Assembly (NCBI GenBank): GCA_963422735.1
Contig: OY730476.1
Coordinates: forward strand, 1,824,001-1,888,000
From: Candidatus Latescibacterota bacterium
GTDB taxonomy: Bacteria > Latescibacterota > UBA2968 > UBA8231
Direction of reading: 5' to 3'
DNA length: 64,000 bases
This document shows positions 1 through 11,263 of the stretch, piece by piece. Numbering within the stretch: the first letter of the stretch is position 1; each line of letters starts with the position of its first letter. Made by a program: the position numbers and the translations under genes. The notes under the pieces are model-generated. The model was not told where the DNA came from, searched no databases, and worked only from the letters and a program-made list of their open reading frames with translations.

Positions 1-4
1 TCGC

Positions 5-1429
5 GTGCCCTGGGATTTGCAGGCCGGCACACTCTCCTTAGACGAGGGCTGGCTCGAGGCGCGTTCCGACAGTATCGGACTCCTCTTTCTCGGCGATCTA
101 ATAGCCGAACTGGACCATCTCGACGGGCGGATTAGCGCGAATCTCCGGGCCGAGGGGTTGGACTCAACGCTCTCATTACAAGGGCAAATAGGGGTCGCGG
201 GTCTCGAATTTGCCCTGCCCGACCTCAAGCCGATTTACAAGCTGCCCGATGGACAGTTGCAATTCAATGGCCGACAGGTCGAGCTGGCGGGTTTCTCCGT
301 CGAGGAAGAACCTAAGCGGGGGTTTCGCAGCGCGGCGCTTACCGGGCAGCTCGACCTATCGCGGCTCGACGACCCTATCTTTGACTTGCGACTCCGAGCC
401 GAGCGGATGAATTCCTACTACGAAGATGTCGCGCAGTCGTTTAGAGCGGACGACATCGACGTGGATCTGTCTTTCGCTGGCTCGATCAGCGCGTCCAAGT
501 TGGCCGGGCGCATCCGCCTCGACCGGCCGCGGTCCGAGGCGAGCCTCGTAGTCCTCGCGCTTCCCGTGCCACCACCACCGCCGGCATTGCGCGACGAGTT
601 TTTGGAGAACATGGCCCTCGCCGTCGAGGTCGATATCCGCGGCCTCGCCCTCGACAGCGAGCTAGCCGAGGTCGAAGCGTCGGGCGCAGTTGAGATCGGC
701 GGCACCTTCTACAAGCCGCTCTTCCAAGGCGACATAACAATAGACGAAGGGCAGATCTTCGTACTCAACCACCCATTCGCGATCACACAGGGGCGCGTCG
801 TCTTCAACCGCCTAGCGCTGACTAAGTCCATCCTCGACGTGATGTACGATCCCCTCCAACTGAATCCCACGCTCGATTTGGAGGCCAAGACCGAGGAAAT
901 CACAGACATTCAGGACGATGATAATAAATACGTCGTAACTTTGACGCTGCGAGGGCCGGCTCAGAAAATCGAGCCGGATTTTGAAGCGAACTCGAAGAAC
1001 CCGGACGCAGACCCGCTAGAAGAGCTTCCGAGCATCGTCAACCTGCTGGCCTTTAACACGGCTAACCTCACCGATGCCTTTGGTACGCGTACCGATGCCT
1101 TTAGTACAGCCGCCACGGCCTTCGGCACGGCCGCCGGTCAACTCTTGAGCAAGCAGGTCGAGAAGGTGGGGCTGAATGAATTCACGGTCGTGCCGTCGAG
1201 CACAATTGTCGGTGCTTCGCCTGGGGATCCCGTCCTCCGCGCGGGCAAGTACCTCGGTGGGTTGCCTCTGCCCCTCTGGGTGCGCTACGAAGCTATGCTA
1301 AAAGAGATGGCTGCGGGAGAGGTGCGGGTCGAGCACAAGATCAAGTCCTTCCTGACCATCGTCGGCTCGGCGCAAAGCAAGCACGATCACTATGGGCTAG
1401 GCATCGGCCTGAAACGAGAATTCCGATGA
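5..1429 (+). CDS. tamB: TamB/DUF490 translocation and assembly module protein, C-terminal part (5' end outside window)
   Basis: Beta-rich repeats; DUF490-like segments (G.I.I..G.......F.I..G...F, NPTLDLEA, V.LTL.G); C-terminal beta strands; overlaps the downstream Omp85 gene by ATGA. Confidence 0.75.
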   Translation: MPWDLQAGTLSLDEGWLEARSDSIGLLFLGDLIAELDHLDGRISANLRAEGLDSTLSLQGQIGVAGLEFALPDLKPIYKLPDGQLQFNGRQVELAGFSVEEEPKRGFRSAALTGQLDLSRLDDPIFDLRLRAERMNSYYEDVAQSFRADDIDVDLSFAGSISASKLAGRIRLDRPRSEASLVVLALPVPPPPPALRDEFLENMALAVEVDIRGLALDSELAEVEASGAVEIGGTFYKPLFQGDITIDEGQIFVLNHPFAITQGRVVFNRLALTKSILDVMYDPLQLNPTLDLEAKTEEITDIQDDDNKYVVTLTLRGPAQKIEPDFEANSKNPDADPLEELPSIVNLLAFNTANLTDAFGTRTDAFSTAATAFGTAAGQLLSKQVEKVGLNEFTVVPSSTIVGASPGDPVLRAGKYLGGLPLPLWVRYEAMLKEMAAGEVRVEHKIKSFLTIVGSAQSKHDHYGLGIGLKREFR

Positions 1430-3483
1430 GCATACTCGTGGCCGCACTCTGTCTGGCCCTCGCCGGGACTGCCTTGGCCCAAGATGACCTGCGCACAATA
1501 TCAGCCCGCGAGGCCGATGGCCACAAAGTGTCCCGCATACTTTTCGTTCACCGAGGCGAAAAGCGCATCAAAGGCGAGACCTTGCGCTCGGCCATGCTGA
1601 CTCAAGAAGGCAAGCGCTTCCAACGCCGCTTCTTCAAAAACGACCTGATCCAACTGGTCAACCTCTACCACAGCAAGGGCTATCGCGACGCCGAGATCGT
1701 CCGCAAGTACCTGCGCTTGGACGCCAAAAACCGAGTCCACGTTCACATTGAAATCGACAGCGGTGCGCTGTGGAGGGTGCGTGCCCTAACGCTCGTAGGG
1801 GGCGCACCCTTTGCAGCCGACACTCTGCGCGCTCAGGTCGGCTTGCGCACCGGCGCGCCCCTCAACTACGGCAAGGTGCTCGAAGGCGAGCGCCAGTTAC
1901 AGGTCTTCCTCAATCAGCGCGGCTACCCTCACGCCGCAGTGCGCAACGAGTGGGTGGGGGACGACCGCGCCAGCCATAGCACCGAGGTTGTCTTCCGCAT
2001 CGATCCCAAGCGCAAGATGTACTTCGGTGCCGTCGAGATCGAAAACCTTGAGCAACTATACACGAGCAAGGGGCTAATCGAGCGCTATCTGCATTTTGAG
2101 CAGGGGGGCTTGTACAATCCCGAACAGCTAGCCAAAAGCCGCGAGCAACTGGCGAGGACCGGCCTGTTCCGCTCGGTCTTTTTGCTCACCCCTGAGACGG
2201 GCGACAGCTTGCAGCCAGTCGTGGTCCGCTTGAAAGAAAAAAAGCGCATCTCTCTAAGTGCCGATGTCCTATTCAGCAACATTAAGCCGCGCGTGGCCGG
2301 GGTCGTGCAGCACGACAACTGGCTGGGTCGCGGAGCTCGGCTAAGCCTCGACGCCGGTTGGGGGAAGCCGGAACAGGGCGTCACCGCTTCCTTTACCGAG
2401 CGCAACTTGCTGGGCACGGGTGCCGACCTAGTGCTGTCGGCAGGGGTCACCGACGAGTGGGGAGACAAAGAGGTGTCGGGCGACCCAGACGATCAGCACC
2501 AATTCGCGCTTTTGACGGCCAACGATTCGGTGCTCAACGGCATCTTGTTATTCTCCGGGGAAGTGGACGCACGGGAGTACATCAACACGATCACCTTCAA
2601 ATACCGCTCGGTCGAGCACCTGTGGAAAGCTGAGGCAACGCTCACCAAGGGCTGGCGCGAGATTTACCAAGTCCAAGTCTCCCTTAGCGGGGAAGACTCG
2701 CGCATCCGTCCCGACCCAAGCGAGCCCATCGCCTACTCGCCCGGTCCCGATGGCGGGGAAGAAAGCGACAGCGATGAGCCGACCGACGTGGAAGATCTGT
2801 TCGGCGAAGACGACTTTGATTTTTCTGGCGAGGGCAATTCCGCCCAAGACGAGGTTATAGACTACGGCGATGGTACGATTCCAGTGACCGCGGACTGGCT
2901 GCAGATCCTGACTAATCGCAAGCGATCCATTGACTTGAGCACCGAGTTTTGGCGCGACTCGCGCGATGACCCCTTTGCCCCCACGCGCGGCGCGTTCTTG
3001 CGGTTGACCGGACTCTACGCCTACGCCTTCATTCTAGGAAGAGGCCCGACTTATGTGATCGACGGCGAGGCCGAGTTTCGGTATTACCAGCCCCTCTTTC
3101 GCCGGCTAGTGTTGGCCCTAGCCCTGCACGGAGCACGGACGGCCTCGCTGCGCCGGGGACGCCCACTACCGCAGGATTATTGGAAAGAGTATGGAGGCGA
3201 AGGATCCGTGCGTGGCGTCGAGTACAAAACTATAGACGCACCGGGCGGCGGACGCTTCGGCCTGAATATGCGCGGGGAATTGCGCTATCAGCAGAACAGC
3301 TTCGGCCTCGTTGGCTTTTGGGATCGGGCGCAAGTTTGGCGCAAGCCAAAAAAGGCAACCTTGCGGCAGATGGTCGATGGCTATGGGGTGGGGCTGCGCT
3401 ATGTTTTGGGCTTTCCCCTCCGGCTCGACGTAGCGTTCAACGACGGATTTCGCTTGTATTTTTCTATCGGTCAGGCTTTTTAA
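1426..3483 (+). CDS. BamA/TamA (Omp85) family outer membrane protein with POTRA domains
   Basis: Signal peptide; POTRA-like repeats (YHSKGY, LNQRGY, LARTGLF); GGEGSVRG loop; GYGVGLRY..PLRLDVA; C-terminal YFSIGQAF. Confidence 0.85.
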   Translation: MSILVAALCLALAGTALAQDDLRTISAREADGHKVSRILFVHRGEKRIKGETLRSAMLTQEGKRFQRRFFKNDLIQLVNLYHSKGYRDAEIVRKYLRLDAKNRVHVHIEIDSGALWRVRALTLVGGAPFAADTLRAQVGLRTGAPLNYGKVLEGERQLQVFLNQRGYPHAAVRNEWVGDDRASHSTEVVFRIDPKRKMYFGAVEIENLEQLYTSKGLIERYLHFEQGGLYNPEQLAKSREQLARTGLFRSVFLLTPETGDSLQPVVVRLKEKKRISLSADVLFSNIKPRVAGVVQHDNWLGRGARLSLDAGWGKPEQGVTASFTERNLLGTGADLVLSAGVTDEWGDKEVSGDPDDQHQFALLTANDSVLNGILLFSGEVDAREYINTITFKYRSVEHLWKAEATLTKGWREIYQVQVSLSGEDSRIRPDPSEPIAYSPGPDGGEESDSDEPTDVEDLFGEDDFDFSGEGNSAQDEVIDYGDGTIPVTADWLQILTNRKRSIDLSTEFWRDSRDDPFAPTRGAFLRLTGLYAYAFILGRGPTYVIDGEAEFRYYQPLFRRLVLALALHGARTASLRRGRPLPQDYWKEYGGEGSVRGVEYKTIDAPGGGRFGLNMRGELRYQQNSFGLVGFWDRAQVWRKPKKATLRQMVDGYGVGLRYVLGFPLRLDVAFNDGFRLYFSIGQAF

Positions 3484-4344
3484 ATGGTCGAAATAATACA
3501 TCACGCCAACGCCAGCAAGCTGATTTCGCTTTCGGGTGCTTGCCTCGAATTACATGAGAGCGAAAACAATTTGCCGATCGGCCTCGCGCACGCGCTCGCT
3601 AAAGATCCCCTTCGCTACGGGCCTGAGCCTCCGTTATTCTTGAGTGTCTTAGAGCAAAATAGCCCGGTCGGCGTGGCCGTAATGACGCCGCCGAGGAGAA
3701 TCGTTCTGAGCAAGTTCGTTGCGAATATCAAAGGGGCTATGGTTCATCTCGTGCGCTACCTGCTCGAAACGGATGCGTCCATCCCCGGCGTTGTCGGGCC
3801 GGCGTCCGAAGCGCAAGCCTTTTCCGATTGCTGGGTAGAGGCCGTGCCTAGTGCCTCGCCTAGGGAGGCCATGCGGATGCGCGTATTTGAGGCCCGAACG
3901 GTCGCCGATGTGCCCCTTTCTCCGGGGGCACTACGCTTGGCCATCGTGGACGACTATCCGCTTGTGGCGCAGTGGATGGTCGCCTTTTCGCAAGAGGCGT
4001 TAGGTAAGCCAGCCGATCTCGACGGGGCCAAGAAAAGCGCCAAGCGGTTCATCGCTGATGGGGATATGTACATTTGGGATTGCAATGGACCGGTCTCTAT
4101 TGCCAAAGCGGCGCGTCCGATGAGAAACGGCATAACAGTCAACGCGGTGTACACGCCACCAGAGCAGCGCAACAAGGGATACGCCACCTCATGCGTCGCG
4201 TCGTTGACCAAGAAACTGCTCTCCGAGCACTATTCGTTTTGTAGCCTATTTGCCGATTTATCCAATCCAACCTCCAACAGCATCTACTCCAAAATCGGCT
4301 ACGTGCCTTTGGGGGATGCGCTAGAATTTGATTTCGCTAACTAA
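3484..4344 (+). CDS. GNAT family N-acetyltransferase
   Basis: VYTPPEQRNKGYA acetyl-CoA motif A; NPTSNSIYSKIGY motif B. Confidence 0.88.
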   Translation: MVEIIHHANASKLISLSGACLELHESENNLPIGLAHALAKDPLRYGPEPPLFLSVLEQNSPVGVAVMTPPRRIVLSKFVANIKGAMVHLVRYLLETDASIPGVVGPASEAQAFSDCWVEAVPSASPREAMRMRVFEARTVADVPLSPGALRLAIVDDYPLVAQWMVAFSQEALGKPADLDGAKKSAKRFIADGDMYIWDCNGPVSIAKAARPMRNGITVNAVYTPPEQRNKGYATSCVASLTKKLLSEHYSFCSLFADLSNPTSNSIYSKIGYVPLGDALEFDFAN

Positions 4345-4385
4345 AACTCACTGCCGCCAGACGGTAGCTTCTTGAAAGGGCTGTC

Positions 4386-6227
4386 ATGCAATCATTTCGC
4401 AGCAGTACCACCACGCAGGGGCGGCGCATGGCCGGCGCACGTGCCCTGTGGCGCGCCACCGGCATGAAGACCGAGGACTTCCAAAAGCCCATCGTCGCCA
4501 TCGCCAACTCCTTTACTCAGTTCGTGCCCGGGCACGTGCATTTGCACCCCATTGGCCAGCAGGTTAAGGAAGTGATCGACCAGCACGGCGGCTACGGCGT
4601 GGAGTTCAACACCATTGCCGTGGACGACGGCATTGCCATGGGGCACGACGGCATGCTCTACTCCCTGCCGAGCCGCGAGTTGATCGCCGACAGCGTCGAG
4701 TACATGGTGCAGGCCCACAAGGCCGACGCCCTCGTCTGCATTTCCAATTGCGACAAAATCACCCCGGGCATGTTGCTAGCCGCGCTCAGACTCAACATTC
4801 CGGCGATCTTCGTCTCGGGCGGGCCAATGGAGGCCGGCAAGACCGAGCTATCAACGGGGCCTGCTAAGCTCGATTTGATCGACTCCATGGTCGCCGCGGC
4901 CGACCCCAACCTGAGCGACGAGGACGTGGCTAAGATGGAGGAACAAGCCTGCCCGACTTGTGGCTCGTGTTCGGGCATGTTCACCGCCAACTCCATGAAC
5001 TGCCTCAACGAAGCCATCGGCCTAGCCCTGCCGGGCAACGGCACCATCCTCGCCACGCACGAGCTGCGCTGGGAGCTTTTTGCCGCGGCCGGTAAGCGGA
5101 TTGTCGAAATGGCTAAGGCATTTTACCTAGAGGGCGACATTTCGGTGCTGCCGCGGAGCATTGCGACCTTCTCGGCGTTTGAAAACGCCATGACCTTAGA
5201 CATTGCCATGGGCGGCTCCACCAACACGGTCCTACACCTGTTGGCCATGGCCCGCGAGGCCGAAGTCAATTTCACCATGGCCGACATCGACCGGCTCTCG
5301 CGGCAAGTCCCCTATATCTGCAAAGTAGCACCGGCCTCGCAGGAGTTTCACATAGAGGACGTCGCGCGCGCTGGCGGCATTATGAGCATTCTCGGCGAGC
5401 TGTTGCGCGCCGACAAAGTCCACCCCGAGCCAAAGACCGTTGCCGGACCGTCGCTGGGCGAGTTGCTCGCCGCAAACGACATTCGCGGACCGGGTGCGGT
5501 GGAAGCGATGGCCAAGCAGCGAGCGTTGGCGGCCCCGGGCAACGTGCGGACGAAAGCCGCCTTCTCCCAAAACAACTTTTACCCCGAGCCGGACACCGAC
5601 GATCAAACGGGCTGCATCCGCTCGGTCGCGCACGCTTATTCGCAGGACGGCGGGCTGGCGGTGCTTTTCGGCAACATCGCCGAGGAAGGCTGCATCGTGA
5701 AGACTGCCGGTGTTGATGAGGCGATCTGGATATTTGAGGGCACGGCCCGAATCTTCGAGTCGCAGGACGAAGCATGTGAGGGCATCCTAGGCGGCAAGGT
5801 CGGCGACGGCGACGTGATAGTGATCCGCTACGAGGGCCCCAAGGGCGGGCCGGGAATGCAAGAGATGCTCTATCCAACGTCGTACCTCAAGTCCATGGGG
5901 CTGGGCAAGACCTGTGCGCTGCTAACCGACGGCCGCTTTTCCGGCGGCACCTCCGGGCTGTCGATTGGTCACGTCTCCCCGGAGGCGGCCGAGGGCGGGG
6001 CACTGGCCCTAGTGGAAATCGGCGACCGAATTCGCATCGACATTCCCAATCGCAAAATCGATGTGCTAATCGCGGACGCCGAGCTCTCCGCGCGACGGCA
6101 AAAAATAGACGCCTATCGGCCCCGCAACCGCCAACGCCACATCCCCCAATCGCTACAGGCGTATGCCGCGCTGACGACGAGTGCGGCGCACGGGGCGGTG
6201 CGAGATGTGGGGCAACTGCAGAAATAG
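4386..6227 (+). CDS. ilvD: dihydroxy-acid dehydratase
   Basis: [52 protein letters not shown]. Confidence 0.97.
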   Translation: MQSFRSSTTTQGRRMAGARALWRATGMKTEDFQKPIVAIANSFTQFVPGHVHLHPIGQQVKEVIDQHGGYGVEFNTIAVDDGIAMGHDGMLYSLPSRELIADSVEYMVQAHKADALVCISNCDKITPGMLLAALRLNIPAIFVSGGPMEAGKTELSTGPAKLDLIDSMVAAADPNLSDEDVAKMEEQACPTCGSCSGMFTANSMNCLNEAIGLALPGNGTILATHELRWELFAAAGKRIVEMAKAFYLEGDISVLPRSIATFSAFENAMTLDIAMGGSTNTVLHLLAMAREAEVNFTMADIDRLSRQVPYICKVAPASQEFHIEDVARAGGIMSILGELLRADKVHPEPKTVAGPSLGELLAANDIRGPGAVEAMAKQRALAAPGNVRTKAAFSQNNFYPEPDTDDQTGCIRSVAHAYSQDGGLAVLFGNIAEEGCIVKTAGVDEAIWIFEGTARIFESQDEACEGILGGKVGDGDVIVIRYEGPKGGPGMQEMLYPTSYLKSMGLGKTCALLTDGRFSGGTSGLSIGHVSPEAAEGGALALVEIGDRIRIDIPNRKIDVLIADAELSARRQKIDAYRPRNRQRHIPQSLQAYAALTTSAAHGAVRDVGQLQK

Positions 6228-6249
6228 CTTTGCACACAAAAGGAACTTT

Positions 6250-7206
6250 ATGAAAATCACAGTACTAGACGGACACACCCTAAACCCCGGCGACAATCCT
6301 TGGGATCCAGTCTCGGCGTTGGGCGATTTTGCGGTGTACGACAAAACTCCAGACGACCTGATCTTGGATCGAGCTGCGGACGCCGACGTCGTTTTGACCA
6401 ACAAGGTGCCGCTGACGGCCGAGATGTTTGCCCAGCTACCCAACTTGCGCTTCGTGTCGGTTATGGCCACCGGGTACAACATCGTCGATGTGGAGGCTGC
6501 ACGCGTCCGTGCCATCCCAGTGTCAAACATTCCAGTGTACGGCACCGACTCGGTCGCCCAATACACTATGGCACTGCTGCTGGAGCTGTGCCACCGAATA
6601 GGCCACCATGACGCGGCGGTGCATCGAGGGGGCTGGGCTGAATCGGGCTATTGGTGTTTTTGGGAGACGCCGCTAATGGAGCTAGCCGGGAAAATTATCG
6701 GCCTAGTCGGCTTTGGGCGCATCGGCCAGCGCGTTGGCGAGCTGGCCCACGCTTTTGGCATGGAAGTCTGGGCTTATGCGCCGTCGCCAAAAGACCCGCC
6801 GGGGTACGCGCCGTTTGCCCTCAAGAGCACGGCGGAGATTTTCGCCGGGGCCGACGTGGTCAGCTTGCATTGCCCGCAGACGCCCGACAACGCGGGCTTT
6901 GTCAACGCCGAGTTGTTGGCGACCATGAAGGAAGGGTCTCTTTTCATCAACACGGCGCGCGGGGCACTCGTCGATGAGCAGGCCCTTTTGGAAGCACTGC
7001 GCGCCGGCAAGCCCCGCGCGGCGGCAACAGACGTGGCTTCCATCGAGCCGATAGCTAGTGGCAACCCGCTCTTGCAGGCACCCAATCTGCTCATCACGCC
7101 GCATATGGCTTGGGCCACGCTGGAGGCGCGCAAGCGACTGATGCAAATGACGGCAGAAAATGTGCGAGCCTTTCTGGCCGGCGCGCCGGTCAACGTGGTG
7201 AACTGA
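6250..7206 (+). CDS. D-2-hydroxyacid dehydrogenase (glycerate dehydrogenase/hydroxypyruvate reductase-like)
   Basis: ATG at 6250 after AAGGAA RBS; MKITVLDGHTLNPGD; GFGRIG; INTARG; TPHMAW. Confidence 0.9.
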   Translation: MKITVLDGHTLNPGDNPWDPVSALGDFAVYDKTPDDLILDRAADADVVLTNKVPLTAEMFAQLPNLRFVSVMATGYNIVDVEAARVRAIPVSNIPVYGTDSVAQYTMALLLELCHRIGHHDAAVHRGGWAESGYWCFWETPLMELAGKIIGLVGFGRIGQRVGELAHAFGMEVWAYAPSPKDPPGYAPFALKSTAEIFAGADVVSLHCPQTPDNAGFVNAELLATMKEGSLFINTARGALVDEQALLEALRAGKPRAAATDVASIEPIASGNPLLQAPNLLITPHMAWATLEARKRLMQMTAENVRAFLAGAPVNVVN

Positions 7207-7213
7207 GCGAGCG

Positions 7214-7243
7214 TTGACATTGCGCTCGATTCCCTGTTATTAT
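7214..7243 (+). promoter_or_regulatory. sigma70-type promoter of tmRNA
   Basis: TTGACA (7214-7219), 18 bp, TG-n-TATTAT (7238-7243), 7 bp before the tmRNA 5' end. Confidence 0.7.
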
Positions 7244-7250
7244 GGTCAAA

Positions 7251-7609
7251 GGGGGCGACATGGCTTCGACGGGGTCGGAGAAGCCCAAATTGCGTGCCGA
7301 GGTCCCGACACCTCGTAAATCCTCGGGAAACAATTAAGCGACGAAACTAACACGTACGCTCTGGCTGCCTAAATTTAGCGCAGTCCATTGGGGTCTGTTG
7401 AGCCTGCGCGGCAGGCCCCAATGTCATCTCTTAGCAGGCTGGTCCCAAACCCGCGCCCGAGGGAATGGGGCGAGATTTCTCGGGCTGGCCTGTTGCGAGG
7501 CCCGTCGGCCGGCAGCGCAACAGGCGAGATAACTAAGGCCGACTACGCACGTAGCATATTTCGGTAGAACCGGTCTCGGACGCGGGTTCGATTCCCGCCG
7601 CCTCCACCA
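7251..7609 (+). ncRNA. ssrA: tmRNA (transfer-messenger RNA)
   Basis: 5' GGGGGCG pairs with 3' CGCCTCC-ACCA with G3:U alanyl wobble; T-arm GCGGGTTCGATTCCCGC; tag frame 7340-7372 encodes (A)DETNTYALAA*. Confidence 0.97.
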
Positions 7610-7624
7610 TCTTTGAAAGCACAA

Positions 7625-7658
7625 CTCGTCTCTCCGGGGAAGCATCCGGAGAGACGAG
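7625..7658. terminator. 13-bp stem-loop between convergent tmRNA and helicase gene
   Basis: CTCGTCTCTCCGG-8nt-CCGGAGAGACGAG followed by T-rich sequence. Confidence 0.6.
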
Positions 7659-7741
7659 CGTCTTGAACCTTTTATCGAATCTTTTGTTTTTAAAGGACTT
7701 GGAGCGACCCCGAGCGTTCTGGTAGAGCCTCTTAGTGAAAG

Positions 7742-10700
7742 CTAAAACGTCCGGCGAGAGGCTTCGTCAAGCAATCGGTTCTGTGTCTTCCTTATTTCCT
7801 CAATCACTAAGTCAATTTCCTCGTGGCATCGCCACGCCGGTATCCGTAGGACTGTCCAACCGAGATTGACTAGGACGCGGTCTCGTGTAATATCCTGGCG
7901 CCGTTGTCGGCCTCTGGCGTCAAGGTGCTGATCGCCGTCAACCTCGACGTTCAGCTTGATACCCTGTTCCAGCAGCGCAAAGTCCAGCTCATATCCCTCC
8001 ACGTTGGGCTTGGCGTAGGGGAAGAGGTCCCGGAGTTGCATGGCGTCGAGCAGGAGTTTTTCAGACGTGCTGTCCGTGCGGAACTCGGCCGATGGCGAAC
8101 CAGTGCCCTCATTCCGGGCGACCTCATCGCATAGATAGACCCGCAGGGAGGCCAAGGTTGGACTCCCCAAATCTCCCATGAGCGGGTGACCGAGCACGAT
8201 TAGTGCTCGACGGGCGCGGCTGACAGCCACGTTTAGGAGGTTTCTCTCTTTTTCTATCCAACGGGGGCCGCTCTTGGGCATGCCGGGTGAGAGCACGGAA
8301 GAAAGAACGAGCGCATCGCGCTCGTCTCCCTGCAAGCGGTGTGCGGTTCCGCTTACAAAATCGATGTCGTCTAGGAAGTCTTGGCCAAATTGCGTTTTGG
8401 CTATCTGATCGATGAGTCGCGCCTGCGCGGTGAACGGAGTTACCACGCCGACAGTCTTGTAACCGGATTCGATTACGCCACGAAGCTGTCTCACCGTTTC
8501 CTCTGCCTCTGCCTGGTTTAGCCAACTTCCAATGGCGGGCCGTACTGCCGAGCCGTCGACATCGCACCAGTAGATGGCACGATCGCGCTGGGATGTATCA
8601 GAGACATCCGTCAATACGGTGAGTTCACCCATGTAGAACGTCTTGTTGAACCAACGGGCGATGTGTGGATGGCAGCGGTAGTGTTCGTTGAGAAGAACAG
8701 GTGTTTGGGGTTTTGCGGCAAATGCAAACGCGGAGTAAGCCGAACCGTCTTTGTGGTGGATGCCGCGCTCGCGCAGGTCGTCGTTGTCAAACCCCGTCTG
8801 CGTGGCGATCTCCTGTAAGAGTCCATCGCTGAGGGAAACGATCGGATTGAGTTGGTGTGGATCCCCCACGACCGCTAAACGTTTTGCGCGGTAGGCCAAC
8901 GGCAGCACGGCCGCGAGGCTGCACTGGCTAGCCTCGTCAACGATCACGAGATCAAACAGTCCTGATTCCAAGGGGAAGTTGGAATGCGCTGTTAATGCCG
9001 TACATGCCCAGCCTCGTAAGTGGTGAAACGAATTGCCAATTGCTCTTCTAAAGTGGTCGCTGCTGGCGGGGATTTTGCCGAAAGCTGCTAGACGGTAACT
9101 GCCGGCGGAGATTCGCGTTGCCGTGTCCACGCAAATTGCGTAGAGACTTGCATCTGCCCATTTCTAGTCTGCTTCGCGCACACTAATCGCCGGGGCGCCC
9201 ACGGCAGATTCTAGTCGTTGACGTTCAGCTCGTCCAATTTCCAATTGGGAGGTCAGCTTTGCTATGCGCTGATCAATCCGAGCCCAAGTGACGAGTTGCT
9301 CCAATGGAGCGGTTTCAAGGCAACCGAGTCGCCGGCGGAAGCGTCGTGCGCGGAAGCGACGGAACAGCCACGCCTCCAACAACTGGCTGGTTCGTCGCTC
9401 TATTTCGTGGGAACTGATGGGCAGTTTCGGAGGACTCGCGTTAGTCCAGAGTATTTGCGCCGTCTCTTTCAAGGCTAGCCCGAGTTTCTCTCGCTCCTCT
9501 ACAAGCTGCAACAGTTTCACATCTAGTTCGTCCTGCCGCACCAGTTTCTCCATCAGTTGGGTGCGCTCAGTGGCGACCCGCTTTAACTGGGCGCGCACTG
9601 CGGCTTGGTTGCCGCGGTGTGCTGCCGCCTGAGCCGACGCCGCGGCAATGCGATCCGGGACCTGCTCGCGCACGTCGCGATTGCCGGTGCGGACTAACAA
9701 GCCGCTACTCACATCCTTTTCCGCTCGGTCGACAGCCACGTCAACCGCACCATTGTTGGTCGAAGTCACCAAGACTTTGTCGCCGTCCAGCCACGCGTTC
9801 GCAACCGCGTTGACTACGAGTTGCGTTTTGCCGGTCCCAGGTGGGCCGGTCGCGACCGTCAGAGGGTCTCTGCGGAGACGCTCGAGTGTTTCCGCCTGTG
9901 ATTGGTTGCATACAAGTGGAGCCGCAAGAGGCCCGGACGGGGGTCGCTTGTTTTCCTTCTGCGCGAAACCGTTGAAGAGAAGATGTGCCGCAGCCGTAGT
10001 TGACCAGTCTTCTCGGGTTTGTAGTTGTCGCAGTTCCTCGCGAAGGGTGCTGGTGTATCCAGACCACTCGGCCACGACCGAGATCGCGGCGTTGTAGACG
10101 CCTTGTTTGCGATCTATGTTCGGTTCGAGGATTCTAGCGTTGAGAGGCGACAGGATCTGGAGTCCGAGCAGGTCAGTCAGTCGTCCGGCGAGGGCACCAA
10201 AAGCGTCGGCATCTCCAAATGGCAAGCCTCGACTTAACAGGTCGCTGATGTCTTCAGTGATTGAAGGGTCGAAGATACCGCTTGCCGCGATGGCCAAGTT
10301 GAACTCTGGCTCCATAGTAGCGTGAAGTTTCCACTGGTTGTTGGGGCCTCGTTCCGGTTCGATCTGAACGGCAAAAAGAGGGGCAACCTTTGGTGTGTGA
10401 TCGCGGTCGGTTACGACGATAGTCGGCCAGCCGTAGATGATTGACTGTGTGCGAGACCTCAGTTTATCGGGCAGTTCTCCGGGTGCCGGCGTCGAGTCGC
10501 TTTGCCCGACCACCAGTTTCTCTTCCCCAAGGTGTAAGAACCATAGAGCGTTCTCTTTGACGTATGGGACCAGTGATTTTGCTGCTTCCGCTTCAATGCA
10601 CCGTTGTGCATAACTGCATAGTTGCTGCCAGGGAGTTTGCACACTGCTGGCAGCCGGTTTTGAGAATCTCGAACTGATGGGACTTCTGTTCGTTGCCGTA

Positions 10701-10897
10701 TTCCGCGAACCGCCCGCTGCGCTATTCGATGCGACTTGGACCGAGGAACCCTCGCTGCCTGAACAGTCAATACACCAGACCTCTTTTGACGAAGGTGACC
10801 AGTAGGCGCGCTGGCCCGCCTCTAGCCTCATTGTGCATGATCGGCAGCGTCCGGCGTACTTTAGCGAGATGAACCGTAGCTCTTTGGGGAGTTTCAT
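7742..10897 (-). pseudogene. Zn-finger + SF1 (Upf1/DNA2-like AAA_11/AAA_12) helicase + DUF559/Vsr-like endonuclease, interrupted by one in-frame TAG at 9164-9166
   Basis: ORFs 9164-10897 (CRSC..CIDC, GPPGTGKT) and 7742-9130 (VIVDEASQ, GDPHQL, HYRC, LQGDE, NVAVSRAR, YELDFA..VEVDGDQH..RD) are in one frame, with sense codons between them. Confidence 0.8.
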
Positions 10898-10919
10898 CCT
10901 CGGACCTTAGAGGGTGCCA

Positions 10920-11263
10920 TCAGCGATCCAGCTCACCTTCCAACCGCGGTTCTTCAAGGGATCGCGACTGACTGCGTTTGCTGCGCTATCCCGAATACGC
11001 CGGGACGATATTCGAATACGCGCCGCATTAGGAGCTGTTCCCGTTCGAGTACCTCTACTTGGACGCACTCGGCGGCGTCCGTCAGGTCAAGATGCACTTC
11101 TTCCACCTGTTTGACCGCGACACGCTCTGGTCCCAAGTACTCTATCCCTGATTGGGGCTGTTCCTTCAAGCAGCAATTCTGACGGAAGGACTCCGTGCTG
11201 CTGAATTTGATCCGCGGGCAAAATGGATTGTGGCACGATATGACCAATCGTCGCTTTGCCAAT
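10920..11263 (+). pseudogene. degenerate coding fragment of unknown family
   Basis: One frame reads LRLLRYPEYAGTIFEYAPH*ELFPFEYLYLDALGGVRQVKMHFFHLFDRDTLWSQVLYP* (protein-like, internal stops, no start). Confidence 0.4.

Noticed and set aside
9164-9166. Genome-wide TAG recoding or pyrrolysine
   Set aside because: Many conserved genes here (ilvD, pdxS, rseP, ino1) end at TAG at the expected position; no pyl genes seen.
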